This document shows positions 37,501-45,793 of a DNA stretch of 61,690 bases, one piece after another; the stretch's first letter is position 1; every line of letters starts with the position of its first letter. The DNA comes from a virus. Lineage: Duplodnaviria > Caudoviricetes. The DNA lies in the IMG/VR virus record IMGVR_UViG_3300011430_000002, positions 1 to 61,690 of that record; one strand, given 5' to 3'. The notes under the pieces were generated by a model. The model searched no databases, was not told the origin of the DNA, and was given only the letters and a program-made list of their open reading frames with translations. The translations under genes and the position numbers were made by a program.

Positions 37501-40275
37501 ACGATGGGAGCGACCTTTCAGGAAGTAAACGACTTCGCCGCCGCCCTGCACTCACTGCAGCGCAACGGCTACATGTTCCGCCGCAACTTGGAACAGGGGC
37601 TGGTGCCGCACGCCTATGACCCGGACCCGGACAACGACGTGGTGGGATATTCCGGCATGTCCAACAAGCAGGCCCACGACCTGCTGACCAAGATGGAAGA
37701 GCAGTACGGCCGGGAGAATCTGGCCGCTCTTGAAGATGCCATCTTCGACGCTGCCCAGTTCGTTCGCGCCGAGTTGGTAGCCGGCGGCCTCATTGGCGAG
37801 ACGCAGCAAGGCAACTGGCACCCGCACCCCAACGGCGACACGTACATCCACGACCGCTACAAGGAGTTGCGGGATTCGCAGGGCTACAAGGCGGCGATGG
37901 ACCCAACCAACTATGACATGGCGCGGATTCCGGCCAAGGATGTACCGGGCGTTGACTACACCGAGGACGAGGCCAAGAACGCCACGTTGATGGACACGCT
38001 GCACAACATCACCTATGTGCCGTTGTCCGACATTCGCACCCCCGGCGTGGTTGAGACCATCCGCCAGCAGCTGATGGCCAAGGCTGGCGCCAGCTTCTAC
38101 TCCGAGTACGACGTGTGGGGCGACGACATTGGCAAGGCGTATGGCCGGCAGACCTCTGGTCCCGCCTTGTCGGCAGTGACGCACCTGCTGCAGCACGGCC
38201 AGCAGGCCATCATCCGTGGCGTGCACAACACCGAGCAGGGCGCTCGCATCCGTGCCTTGGTCGCTGAGCTGGACGACCCGTACTTCGCTGTCACCTTGCC
38301 GACAATGAAGGAGGGCTACTACAACATCCCGGGGAACATCAAACGGCAGCTGAACTTGCACTTCACCAACCGTGGCCTGCCACCGCCGGCGCTGCCCACC
38401 ATGGACATCGACCTGCTGACCTTCCGTCACAAGCAGGGCGACAACTCGACACCCACCGTCATTCTCGACTTGGGCATGGCCAACGCGCTGACCAACAGCT
38501 TCTCCGGTGCCAACGTGAAGCGAGTGTTCAACGCCTTTGGCAACTCGTCGTCATGGGTGCGCAAGTCCATGACTGCGTGGTCGCCGCCGTTCTGGGCGAC
38601 CAACTATGTCCGCGAGGTGTGGAACGCAAAGATTCAGGCGCGGGGCATCAAAGGGCTGACCGATGAACAGCGTGCGGCGGTTGCTGCCAAGGCGGGTTTC
38701 GGCGAATCCTTCAAGTGGGTGAAGACCATCTTCCAGCAGATGAAGGACCCGAACTTCGACCCCAGTACATTAACGGACCCCGAGGAACGCACTCGTGCCG
38801 AGGTGTTCAAGAAGATGCACGAGGCCGGCATGACTTCGGAGTTCTTTCACATCAAGGACATCACCGAGCTGGAGCGTGACCTGACCCGCATTGAGCGGGA
38901 GCTGAACCGGCCGGGCAAGAACACCATGGCCAAGACCCGCGAGCTGTTCCGCTCGCTGGCGCAGAACCTTGAGTTGATTGCCAACGTGTCGGAAAACGCG
39001 GTGCGCATGTCGGTGGCTGCCGAGGTGTTGGCCCAGACCGGCAACGTGGAGTTCGCTGCCAGTGTGGGCAAGGACTTGTCCGTCAACTTCCAGCGGTACG
39101 GTACGTGGGGGTCGGCCATCAACAGCCTGTTCTTCTTCTACAACCCCACCATTCAGGGGCTGTACCGTGCCAAGCGTGCACTGCATCACAAGGATGTAAG
39201 ACGCATCGTGGTTGGCGCCACGGTGTTTGGCGCCATGATGCCCATCATCAACCGGATGATTGCCGGCGAGGACGATGACGGCCGGAACTACTACGAGGCG
39301 GTGCCGCACTGGAAGCGCAACACCAACTTCATCCTGATGATTCCCGGCGGCGAGGGGCGGCACATCTCCATCCCCCTGCCGTACGTGTGGAACCTGCCGT
39401 ACGCCCTGTCCGAGAAGCTGGTGGATTCGCTCACTGCTTCTGACCAGCTCAGTGGCGCCGAGAAGGCAAGGAGTATTGCCGGCCAGATGGTTGGGCTGAC
39501 CATAGAGAACATCTCGCCGTTGTCGTTCTCTTCCAAGCACCCGGTGCGGTCGGTCGTTCCCACCATGTTGCAACCGGGGTACGACGTGCTGACCAACCAG
39601 ACGTGGTTTGGTGGCTACATCAACCCGGCCAAGAATCAGTTCGCCGCAGCGCCAGTGACCGATGCCTTCAACGTCAAGGACCCGGACACCAAGCAGAACT
39701 GGCAGGCGCTGTCGCAAGCCATGGCCATTGGCGGCAGCAAGTACGAGGAAGGGCTGATTGACGTGTCACCGGGCACACTGGAATACCTGTTCGGGTATTA
39801 CACCGGTGGCGTCGGTACCTTCATGACGCGAACCTTCGACACCGTTGCCGCCGTGGCGACACCGGGCGACGGGAAAACTTTCGAGGATGTGGTGGCCAAC
39901 GCGCCCATCCTGCAGCGGGTCTATGGGCTGGGCAAGTTTGAAGAGGCTGACCGCGACCGCTACTACCAGCTGCGCACCGACATGGAGTCCGTGCTGAACG
40001 TGGAGAAGGATTTACGAGCAGCCCGTGACATCGCTGGCATGAAGATTTTCAGGGCCAACGAAGGGGACCTGTATTCAACCGGCGTCATCAGCCGGTACAA
40101 GAACACGGAGCGCATGGTGGACAACCTGCGCCGTGCCCGCAACAAGTTGGTGAAGCAGGCCAACAAGTCGGAAGCGACCAAGCGCCGCATTGAGCAGCTT
40201 GATGACCGGATGACCAAGTTGATGACGCGGTTCAACCGGTACTACTATGAACGCATCACCAAGGAGAGTTTCTAA
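31573..40275 (+). CDS. 2900-aa polyvalent internal virion protein: SLT lytic transglycosylase, ART-like, GNAT-like and LPD38-like domains
   Basis: ESSFNPRAVS.AGARGLMQLMP and AYNWG (SLT); HGT...GLWFT...KNPL...GYD (ART-like); RNQGLGK...LSDS (GNAT-like); YEAVPHWKR...ISIPLP (LPD38-like). Confidence 0.85.
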   Translation: MADPLSNYGSYALPDFSDLLFSAAEDTGLDTDLLASVMEAESSFNPRAVSSAGARGLMQLMPDTAGQPGFGVEKFDPDLPLDDPTENVRVGSQYLKGLLNAFNGDLDAALVAYNWGPGKAQKWVANGSDFSKLPAATRKYVNDIKGKVAARKQAAGTTPAGASTYQPLDPWADVSATGAVDTAPVSGSVAVDQRRADIAERRAAFNERLQRDPEAARLNLPTEEGDEEEPIGAGQWLKDQGEWAAKALYSSVVDLGSLLADLADFGMGPDSGLTDRVSAKLENHANRVRQSLPDYIRKDLANELITTDANGELDFHMPNLRQVANLVFESAAPSGAIVGGGKALLKGAMTINKLKKVIKASPGVSNALALGTANSAYVTADTYTTVYDDVKEQAQREGKSLKQASDEAARAASLAAGIIAPLSFATGAAGEGLAATGATVYRRLAKGLAYGSITEAPEESGQYVAEELGRGKSLAEIDKGKALEAGLLGALGAGPTEGVLAALSGDTGAPAPVDDVPRETPSGRMEQLELFPNLPIDQLPTLPGEPPAGPPPGAPPFNLEGPSTMEQLELPLMPLDLQGPQGPQGPQGPPEQLELPFPTPPNPAIAAGVADMEQALDADPNLPNAADALNAPSPEQLGMFARARAKLDIERRDDEDEVGATPEFLELGEQDEDQLWEDQQALMKNSAFEAGLSIVPKETLASLPNVSVRDAEEIDRRLRPTMPDPELRSLVVEQQLEVLSEYRGEFPNATLDEALGAPRATGSLSETEVEPEFEILTDQFGEQEEPPQPLEVGELAPVVDLVQARARAQAGESRSEEVGSTPSPDTGTPTEKVHDEQQAREDYMRVRARLNPDSLHVLDNLTANEVLAMVQREWATQGQSGNPRNPAAVYRAVAARLNAAAARVNKAATAKPAEKPAKWDPLTDDGFAQEIIDDEGGAGMRLLNAGYTEEQADEVITKVMSRFVGRRLQEAREDGTRSRMRNLRQPDEGQQRLQVTREQPARNDFEARLEQFADETGTPADPAAVAEAVQEPDGPKVQRGDVLDLVHGTAEDFNLHQFPAGNRGSGLWFTANETSGTRYAQQGAGPRPRRIVARVVPKNPLTLAWQDEWFGNMAEYERVVWEAREAGYDLIAFVGVQESFGPDEGGAPGRRSTESPRQGIPGVNNYYVVLDRTILSHRPGANTLALAPEPETAPDAGPAPAQAELDLQGGAGAAPTARTAPPMRTRGQAAAEAAAPPAPAPAPAPEPAPTAPVTPPEDLKGQLQAARDRYAARRAQVAAAAAANAPAPVPVGTSTPARPARAHVYYPRRRLQRAMNARFSDNRQDRAFRAGITPEELERRYRAVARDVMAAPRFNTLTETQQIREIIDQTVRTFDSGATTRAAPAPAPTPAPTSVPATPASTGSAPEQQFTQTVHSTIRDFTLGPSYASDFVSGLVAAGRTLEEAAAELGLPPPTGTDPNDFWGGTLGPVNVTRVAADQTTTAPGVAGRVNQTSYYIITFSNGAKVARIGGTGSMNQALPRNQGLGKQQYANLLTHLFENEGVSILLSDSTNLPGSAQLYAALKVAGWDVVANPSSYEVQPGHPTTTVYPRLGNWNFAVVSGPPVQPQLLTSRAYGATRGSPLAVVRGTAAVPTWPGKTPEAAETADTGPPTDPTQLELFPGSTPPPAHAVAAPEATGAQRTDPTQRSLFPLDTPQPVTTEEMDEAQKSDATAADATLRGAPAPAQTVTNTSPDAVDPDSQEKLAEAEDNLTGANDGGEGGDGGDGGGRGPDDASESSDMPGDREVSEYQTNQALNDVIDAHSGRWSDVWHYWFAGSTKARGYHRGQRATPEQSTARGDVLARRAFREELTAWKNRRRLAEKNARAQGQQDFQFTEPRPLLPSQRREANDAGEFNWDEFRTLVKRALGRTKVRWMERLVDQHYSIKLIQEVLADENGFVNSPVDLYESLTRIGSKIDVRVKKFQGKQQRAIQDVANTMGATFQEVNDFAAALHSLQRNGYMFRRNLEQGLVPHAYDPDPDNDVVGYSGMSNKQAHDLLTKMEEQYGRENLAALEDAIFDAAQFVRAELVAGGLIGETQQGNWHPHPNGDTYIHDRYKELRDSQGYKAAMDPTNYDMARIPAKDVPGVDYTEDEAKNATLMDTLHNITYVPLSDIRTPGVVETIRQQLMAKAGASFYSEYDVWGDDIGKAYGRQTSGPALSAVTHLLQHGQQAIIRGVHNTEQGARIRALVAELDDPYFAVTLPTMKEGYYNIPGNIKRQLNLHFTNRGLPPPALPTMDIDLLTFRHKQGDNSTPTVILDLGMANALTNSFSGANVKRVFNAFGNSSSWVRKSMTAWSPPFWATNYVREVWNAKIQARGIKGLTDEQRAAVAAKAGFGESFKWVKTIFQQMKDPNFDPSTLTDPEERTRAEVFKKMHEAGMTSEFFHIKDITELERDLTRIERELNRPGKNTMAKTRELFRSLAQNLELIANVSENAVRMSVAAEVLAQTGNVEFAASVGKDLSVNFQRYGTWGSAINSLFFFYNPTIQGLYRAKRALHHKDVRRIVVGATVFGAMMPIINRMIAGEDDDGRNYYEAVPHWKRNTNFILMIPGGEGRHISIPLPYVWNLPYALSEKLVDSLTASDQLSGAEKARSIAGQMVGLTIENISPLSFSSKHPVRSVVPTMLQPGYDVLTNQTWFGGYINPAKNQFAAAPVTDAFNVKDPDTKQNWQALSQAMAIGGSKYEEGLIDVSPGTLEYLFGYYTGGVGTFMTRTFDTVAAVATPGDGKTFEDVVANAPILQRVYGLGKFEEADRDRYYQLRTDMESVLNVEKDLRAARDIAGMKIFRANEGDLYSTGVISRYKNTERMVDNLRRARNKLVKQANKSEATKRRIEQLDDRMTKLMTRFNRYYYERITKESF

Positions 40276-41060
40276 TGGCCACTCCCTACCAAATGAACTT
40301 CGCGAGTGCACGTAGGCAGGGGCAGGCGCGGGCAGCTGCGCCGGCACCAGCCCCGGCTTCCAACACCCCGTCTTTTGCGCTTCCACCCATGGGTACGTCC
40401 ACCCCTTTGCCGCCACCCAGCCGGCCGACGCCGGTGCAGCAGGGGGTTGACCCTCTGTCGGTGCTGGCGGCCCAGCAGCAGAAGTTCAACCAGCGGGGTA
40501 TGCCCGCCCCCTCCCGTGCCAACCTGTTGCCAGCGCAGCAGCCGGGCTTCATGCAGCGCATGTACGGCGGGATGCGGGGTAACCCGGGGTCGGTGCCTTT
40601 GCCGCCCATGTACGCAGGCCCCAAGCCCCCCGGGGCGCCAGTGCAGCGTATGCCCGTCTACGGCGGCAGCCAGCCGCCGAGGGGTCCCGGGATGCCCCCG
40701 CCCCAGATGGCCCCCTTGCCGGGCTACGGAGGCGGTTACCGGGCAGCCCCGGGCATGGGCGGGGGCTACCCGAACGTGGCAGCCAGCGTCATGGGTAACC
40801 CTAACCTGACGGCGTGGCAGCAGCAGGCGGCAGCGCAGGACGCATGGCGTAGGCGCATGATGGGGGGCATGGTGGGACGGGAGAACCGAGAGGACTTTGC
40901 TACCCCGGCGGTCATGCCGCAGCGTCCCGGTAACCCGGGAATCGCCGGCGTGGTGTCACGGCTGGGTGGGCAAGGTGGTTACCCGGTGGCCGCGCCCCCG
41001 CGTAGCAGCATCGGCGGCCAGCCGGATACCCGGGCACTGGCGCCGGCGCGGTACTTCTGA
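40275..41060 (+). CDS. Pro/Gly/Gln/Met-rich low-complexity protein
   Basis: AAGGAG RBS; TAATG overlap with the upstream stop. Confidence 0.65.
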   Translation: MATPYQMNFASARRQGQARAAAPAPAPASNTPSFALPPMGTSTPLPPPSRPTPVQQGVDPLSVLAAQQQKFNQRGMPAPSRANLLPAQQPGFMQRMYGGMRGNPGSVPLPPMYAGPKPPGAPVQRMPVYGGSQPPRGPGMPPPQMAPLPGYGGGYRAAPGMGGGYPNVAASVMGNPNLTAWQQQAAAQDAWRRRMMGGMVGRENREDFATPAVMPQRPGNPGIAGVVSRLGGQGGYPVAAPPRSSIGGQPDTRALAPARYF

Positions 41061-41062
41061 CA

Positions 41063-44000
41063 TCAGGGAAGGATTGGTGGGAAAAGGATTTCCACCGCCC
41101 TGACTGCGTTCCCTGCCTTCAAGCGGGTAGTGGTGATTCGGTAGCGGGACCCATCTTCCATGCGGCTGGGCCGGGCGGGGTCGATGCCAATGACTTTGGC
41201 CCCGCTGTGCACCAGTGACCCGTACAGCTCTTCCCACACCGTGGCTGACAACTTGTCGCTACCCTGTATCAACTCTCGTAGCCGGCTCAGTGGTATCTGC
41301 ACCGCCCGTTCTACCCTCAACAGGACGTTGTTCTCGTCGTAGACTTCCGTGGCCACGATGCGCCACTGGGCGGTGTTGACCATGCGGTTGGTTATTTGGT
41401 TGAACAGGTTGGTGCTGCCACCTTTCTCCAGCCACTGGCGATGTTGCCCTCGCACCCCGTCTGCATGAACATGGTTCCAATCAGGCCATGCGAACTTAGG
41501 TCCCAGCGTGACTGAGAACTCGGACAGGTTGATGTTGATGCGCCCGTTGTCGTCGTTGGTCAGCAGGTCCCACAAGCTGTCCATGTCGTCGGCTTGCACC
41601 GTGTCGGTAAGGCTCTGCTGCTCACACGCCAGCTTCAACCCGGCGCGGATGATTTCCTTCAGGTTCCAATCGACCAGCTTCAAGTCGTTACAGATGGCGG
41701 CCGTTACCGCCACGGCGGCAAGGTAGCGGCACCAGAACCGATACGGCCCCACGATTTCCCCCTGCAGGCGCCGCTTCAGGGCGGTCTCAAACTGCCCTTC
41801 GCGAGCGGCCAGCATCTCGGTGACCAAATCGCGGTTGGCTACCACGTACTTGGAGAACATGTGCAGCGCGTGTCCGTTGTTCCCGCGCACCAAGGTGGCT
41901 GCGTTGCGCCAGCGTTGGGTGTCCACCCCTTCAATCATGGCGTACTGGGCGGGTATCTCCAGCTGCCGGGTCTGTGCCGCTTCCAGTTGTAACCGGTTGC
42001 CCCCTTTCCTTCCCGCCATGAAGGCAGCGGAGGTGGAGAAGTTGGAGGTCAGCATCAGGCTGGCGTTGATGTTGGCCGAGTCAGACGGTGACCACGACCC
42101 CGTGGAGTCCTGCTCCAATCGTAGCCGTGGCTTGCCCGAGGTGACGGTGCTGAGGATGGCGGATAAATTCTCCGCGCTCAGCGACGTGACATCATCCACC
42201 GGCAGCATGAACACGCCGGCCTGCTTGAGCATGTCCAGCATCACCTTGTCGGTACTTGACCCTTGCACAATCCCTTCCTGCGGGTCGCCAATGAAGCTGT
42301 TCATGAACTCCATCAACGAAGTCTTGCCACGTCCAATGGGGCCGGTCAGTGCCAGCAAAATTCCGCCGCGCATACCCGGCATCAGGGGCAGCAGCATGTT
42401 GGACATGCCTGACAGCAGAACCATTTGCGCATAGGGGTGGTCGCCGTCGAACACGGAGATGGCGTGCTTCCACTTGGCCAGTGTTCCAACCGGTCGCCCG
42501 GAACAGAATTTCTCAATGGTCTTGGGGCTGCCGCCGGAGTGCTCAGCGTACGTGTTGCCGTTCACTATCGACCCGTTGTTATTGAAGCGGGTTGCTCCCA
42601 CCGTGAGGCCAGTGGGTGTCCAACCCTTGGTTGCATAGTGCGGCGTGGGCCGGTGGCTGGCGACATTCACGATGTCGGCCAGAAACTTTCTCACCGCCGT
42701 CATTTCCTTCGGCGTTGAGATGTCGAACAGCATGCCGATTTGGCGCAAGGGTTCAGTCGCCCGGTCCAATGTTGTGGCTGTCAACCGGTTGGCAGCGATG
42801 GCCACGTCAGTGCTGGACTGCCACACCCGTACGTTCAGGTGAATCATCAGGTCTACACGCTTGTCCTCACCTTCCGCGTCGGTCTCCAGAGCGACGCTGG
42901 CGCCGATGACGTTGATGTGCCCCCGTATCAGCGGCCGCATCACCTCGCCTTCTTCCTCACCCACCCACACTGGTATCAAGGTGAACGGCTGGTGGGTGTC
43001 GGCGTTGCGCGTCTGGCGGTAGAACACTGGCAGTGGCAGGTAGCCTTGCGGCGTGGTCTGCCCCTGCTGCAGCTTCTCCACCGCCTCAACCTTCTGCAGC
43101 TCCCGGGTTTCCTGTTGCTGAACCTTCTCGGCAATCTGGCTGGGCGTCCACACCTTGTCCCTGAATCTGCATCCCTCGCAGTTCTTCGGGTTGATGGCGC
43201 GGAACTCGTCGCACCCGGCGCTTGGCGAGTTGAAGGTACTGCGCAGGTGCCTTACCTTGTTGATGGTAGCGACGCGTGAGTAGCTGGGGTGGCCGTTGCT
43301 GAAGGCGTGCACCAGCTCGTCGTTCTTGTCGCAGGTGTCCAGCACCCGCAACATCAGTACCCACTCCGGTTCCGACACGTTGCCGTGCAGCGTCATCATG
43401 CGGTGCATCTGCTTGCACCCCTTCACGATGGGCACCGGGTTCAGGCCGGCGAAGCGAGCTGTCGTTTCATGGAACCCAACGCTCAGTGACGACGCGGTGC
43501 CGATGGCGTGCGCGGGCGGCGGGCTGTTGATTAACGGCGTGGAGTCAGGGACCACGCTGGATACCCACACGTTGCGAGCGGCGGCGGCTTGAGCCAGCCC
43601 GGTCTTGAGGGTGTCGAAGTCTACGTCGGTACCATGCCCCATTATCTTCACGTACTCACGGGTCGCCGTCTTGGCGTTCCACGTGCAGGGCACACGCATC
43701 ACCCGTGCTGCATCCTTGGTTGGCACCGGGTCGGCCAGCAAGCGTGGGTCCACGTGCTCAACCACCTTGGCAAACGTGTTGGCAACTACGAACCAGTCAT
43801 CAATGGAGACGGGTTGGGTGAAGGTGAAGTAGGCGTGGATGCCGTTGCCCGAGTCCACAATCGTTGGCTTGGGCAGGCAGGGGATTTCCTTGTACAAGTT
43901 GTGCAGTCCCATCACTGCATCAGCCTTGCTGTTGTAGTGCGGCCGGTCACCCTTGAGGTCGATGTCCAGCAGCAGGCACTTGATGAGTTGGGCGTTCTGC

Positions 44001-44248
44001 TTGCTACGCTCACGTGCCCGGTATGCGGCGACACCAAAATAAATGTTGGTGTCCATGTGCGTGTTGAGTTCGGTTACATGTTCAAGCAGTGAGCCGTTGG
44101 CTATCTGCTCGTCGGTAAAGAACTGTTGGGTCCACACTTTCGTGGTCCTGCCTTTGGCTGGCACTGACCGCTCGTGGGCTATACACAGAAGGGCGCTGTT
44201 TGGTACTATCGCCCTCAGAAACTGGGTTGAAAAACTCTCTTTCTTCAT
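41063..44248 (-). CDS. Primase-helicase (RepB/AEP-like primase plus DUF927-type helicase)
   Basis: LLDID, SGNGIHAY, RVMRVP (primase); C...C..C cluster; GPIGRGKT Walker A and VDD. Confidence 0.85.
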   Translation of the reverse strand: MKKESFSTQFLRAIVPNSALLCIAHERSVPAKGRTTKVWTQQFFTDEQIANGSLLEHVTELNTHMDTNIYFGVAAYRARERSKQNAQLIKCLLLDIDLKGDRPHYNSKADAVMGLHNLYKEIPCLPKPTIVDSGNGIHAYFTFTQPVSIDDWFVVANTFAKVVEHVDPRLLADPVPTKDAARVMRVPCTWNAKTATREYVKIMGHGTDVDFDTLKTGLAQAAAARNVWVSSVVPDSTPLINSPPPAHAIGTASSLSVGFHETTARFAGLNPVPIVKGCKQMHRMMTLHGNVSEPEWVLMLRVLDTCDKNDELVHAFSNGHPSYSRVATINKVRHLRSTFNSPSAGCDEFRAINPKNCEGCRFRDKVWTPSQIAEKVQQQETRELQKVEAVEKLQQGQTTPQGYLPLPVFYRQTRNADTHQPFTLIPVWVGEEEGEVMRPLIRGHINVIGASVALETDAEGEDKRVDLMIHLNVRVWQSSTDVAIAANRLTATTLDRATEPLRQIGMLFDISTPKEMTAVRKFLADIVNVASHRPTPHYATKGWTPTGLTVGATRFNNNGSIVNGNTYAEHSGGSPKTIEKFCSGRPVGTLAKWKHAISVFDGDHPYAQMVLLSGMSNMLLPLMPGMRGGILLALTGPIGRGKTSLMEFMNSFIGDPQEGIVQGSSTDKVMLDMLKQAGVFMLPVDDVTSLSAENLSAILSTVTSGKPRLRLEQDSTGSWSPSDSANINASLMLTSNFSTSAAFMAGRKGGNRLQLEAAQTRQLEIPAQYAMIEGVDTQRWRNAATLVRGNNGHALHMFSKYVVANRDLVTEMLAAREGQFETALKRRLQGEIVGPYRFWCRYLAAVAVTAAICNDLKLVDWNLKEIIRAGLKLACEQQSLTDTVQADDMDSLWDLLTNDDNGRININLSEFSVTLGPKFAWPDWNHVHADGVRGQHRQWLEKGGSTNLFNQITNRMVNTAQWRIVATEVYDENNVLLRVERAVQIPLSRLRELIQGSDKLSATVWEELYGSLVHSGAKVIGIDPARPSRMEDGSRYRITTTRLKAGNAVRAVEILFPPILP

Positions 44249-44284
44249 GCCCTTCCGTTCCTCGCTAGGTCATGGTCTCGGTGG

Positions 44285-44320
44285 GAAGCCCCCGGTTGGT
44301 CGCCGGGGGCTTCATTTTTT
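44285..44320. terminator. Hairpin between SSB and primase
   Basis: GAAGCCCCCGG/CCGGGGGCTTC stem; T tract is on the + strand. Confidence 0.5.
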
Positions 44321-44326
44321 CAGCCC

Positions 44327-45370
44327 TTAGAATCCAAACTCGGCCAGTGCATCTTCCAGTTTGGCGTCAAAGACCATCTCTCCACCTTCGTCTTCACCCT
44401 CACTCGCAGCTGCGTGCTCCGCTGCCGCCTTGTCGACTGCCGCCTTGGCATCTGCCTCAGCCTTGGCCTTCTTCTCGGCGCGGGTCTTGGCTGCCTTCTG
44501 GGCGGGGGTCGGTTCCCCACTGGCGGCTGGTACCTCCGTGGCGGCAGGGGGCGTTGCTGTCGGGTCCGCGTGGGCCGGCTTGCGCTGGCTCAGGGCGTCA
44601 CGGAAGCCGGTGGGTGCGGCTGCCCCCTCGGCCGGGGGTACAACGGCGCCTGTGGGCAGGTCGCTCGTGCTTACCATGGCCTGCAGTTCACCGCTGTCCA
44701 GCAGGGGGGCGATGTACTTGTCGTGGAAGGGGGCGCTGGTGAAGTCCAATGCCCTGAACACCAACTTGGGGACGGACTCGTTGGGGTCGAACCCAGCCTC
44801 GGTGATGACGGCGTACGGCATAACCTTGTTCTGGTCCAGCCGCTTGGCATAGTCGCGTAGCGAGAACGCGCCCTTGTCGGGTTGGCTGTTGCCGAACATG
44901 GTCATGGCCTTCATGTCGGCAACCAGCGGTCCCAGTTCCGGCTCGTCCACAAGGAGTACCACTACCCGCTTGAAGAATGAACACGCCCGGGTCTTGCCGC
45001 CGGTGTCGGTGACCGCGCTGCCCTTCTCGTTCTGTGGGCAGGTTGCACAGAGCTTGCTCTGTGGCGCGGCGACATTGGCCAGTGGTGTGATGCCATCGGC
45101 GCTGGCGCAGTCGGGCCGGCTGGCGTTCTCGCTGTCGTACGCGGTGCCATAGAACACGCGGGACACGTGCGGGTTGGCCTCAAGTATTACCAGCTTGGTG
45201 GTAAGGGTGCCCAGCACCCGCTCATCCCCGCCAATGTTCACGCGGAAGCGGTTGCCCTTGAAGGTGAGGCGGGGCCAGCCGGCTCCCCCCATGTCGGCAG
45301 AGAGATTGCTACCACCCGTTGCTTGCGCATGGGCGGGAAGGTTCTTTCCATTTAACATCAGGTCGTTCAT
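44327..45370 (-). CDS. Single-stranded DNA-binding protein-like
   Basis: PDC.S.DG...C..CP.N..GS...RAC Zn-type motif; acidic C-terminal tail ending in F. Confidence 0.65.
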   Translation of the reverse strand: MNDLMLNGKNLPAHAQATGGSNLSADMGGAGWPRLTFKGNRFRVNIGGDERVLGTLTTKLVILEANPHVSRVFYGTAYDSENASRPDCASADGITPLANVAAPQSKLCATCPQNEKGSAVTDTGGKTRACSFFKRVVVLLVDEPELGPLVADMKAMTMFGNSQPDKGAFSLRDYAKRLDQNKVMPYAVITEAGFDPNESVPKLVFRALDFTSAPFHDKYIAPLLDSGELQAMVSTSDLPTGAVVPPAEGAAAPTGFRDALSQRKPAHADPTATPPAATEVPAASGEPTPAQKAAKTRAEKKAKAEADAKAAVDKAAAEHAAASEGEDEGGEMVFDAKLEDALAEFGF

Positions 45371-45385
45371 TGATAGGTTCCTCTG

Positions 45386-45790
45386 TTAGTCTCGGCGTAC
45401 GTTGACGGTTCGTTCAGTGGACATGCTCACCCCCGGCGGCAATTCCCCGTTGGCTTCAACATAGTCCTGCACCGCTCGCGATGCGACGCGCTTCTGCAGG
45501 AGTTCGGTGTCTTGGTGTTCCAGTATGTGCTGCCACAGCGCGTTCCAATCTGTGGCGTTGACTATCACTTTCTTACCAAGGAAAGCCTGCCCTACTCCAC
45601 TCACTTTCAGGGAGTCGGAGCCAGCGGCGTTTAGCATCTTGAGCAGCTGGGCTTCAATCAGGTCCAGCTTTTCAACAAGGCCCCTGTCGGTCTCATCGAA
45701 CAGGCGCTTGTTCTCTGCCCGGGTATCCCGCATTTTCATGTAGGCCCGTAACAGCCGCTCAAGGTTACTCCCATTCTTTTCTTCTGTCAT
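45386..45790 (-). CDS. Conserved replication-module hypothetical protein
   Basis: Coiled coil, DW and LLQKRV...LPPGV motifs. Confidence 0.7.
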   Translation of the reverse strand: MTEEKNGSNLERLLRAYMKMRDTRAENKRLFDETDRGLVEKLDLIEAQLLKMLNAAGSDSLKVSGVGQAFLGKKVIVNATDWNALWQHILEHQDTELLQKRVASRAVQDYVEANGELPPGVSMSTERTVNVRRD

Positions 45791-45793
45791 TGC

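Noticed and set aside
31573-40275. Giant protein as an N4-type virion RNA polymerase
   Set aside because: No single-subunit RNAP catalytic motifs seen; the domains match polyvalent proteins
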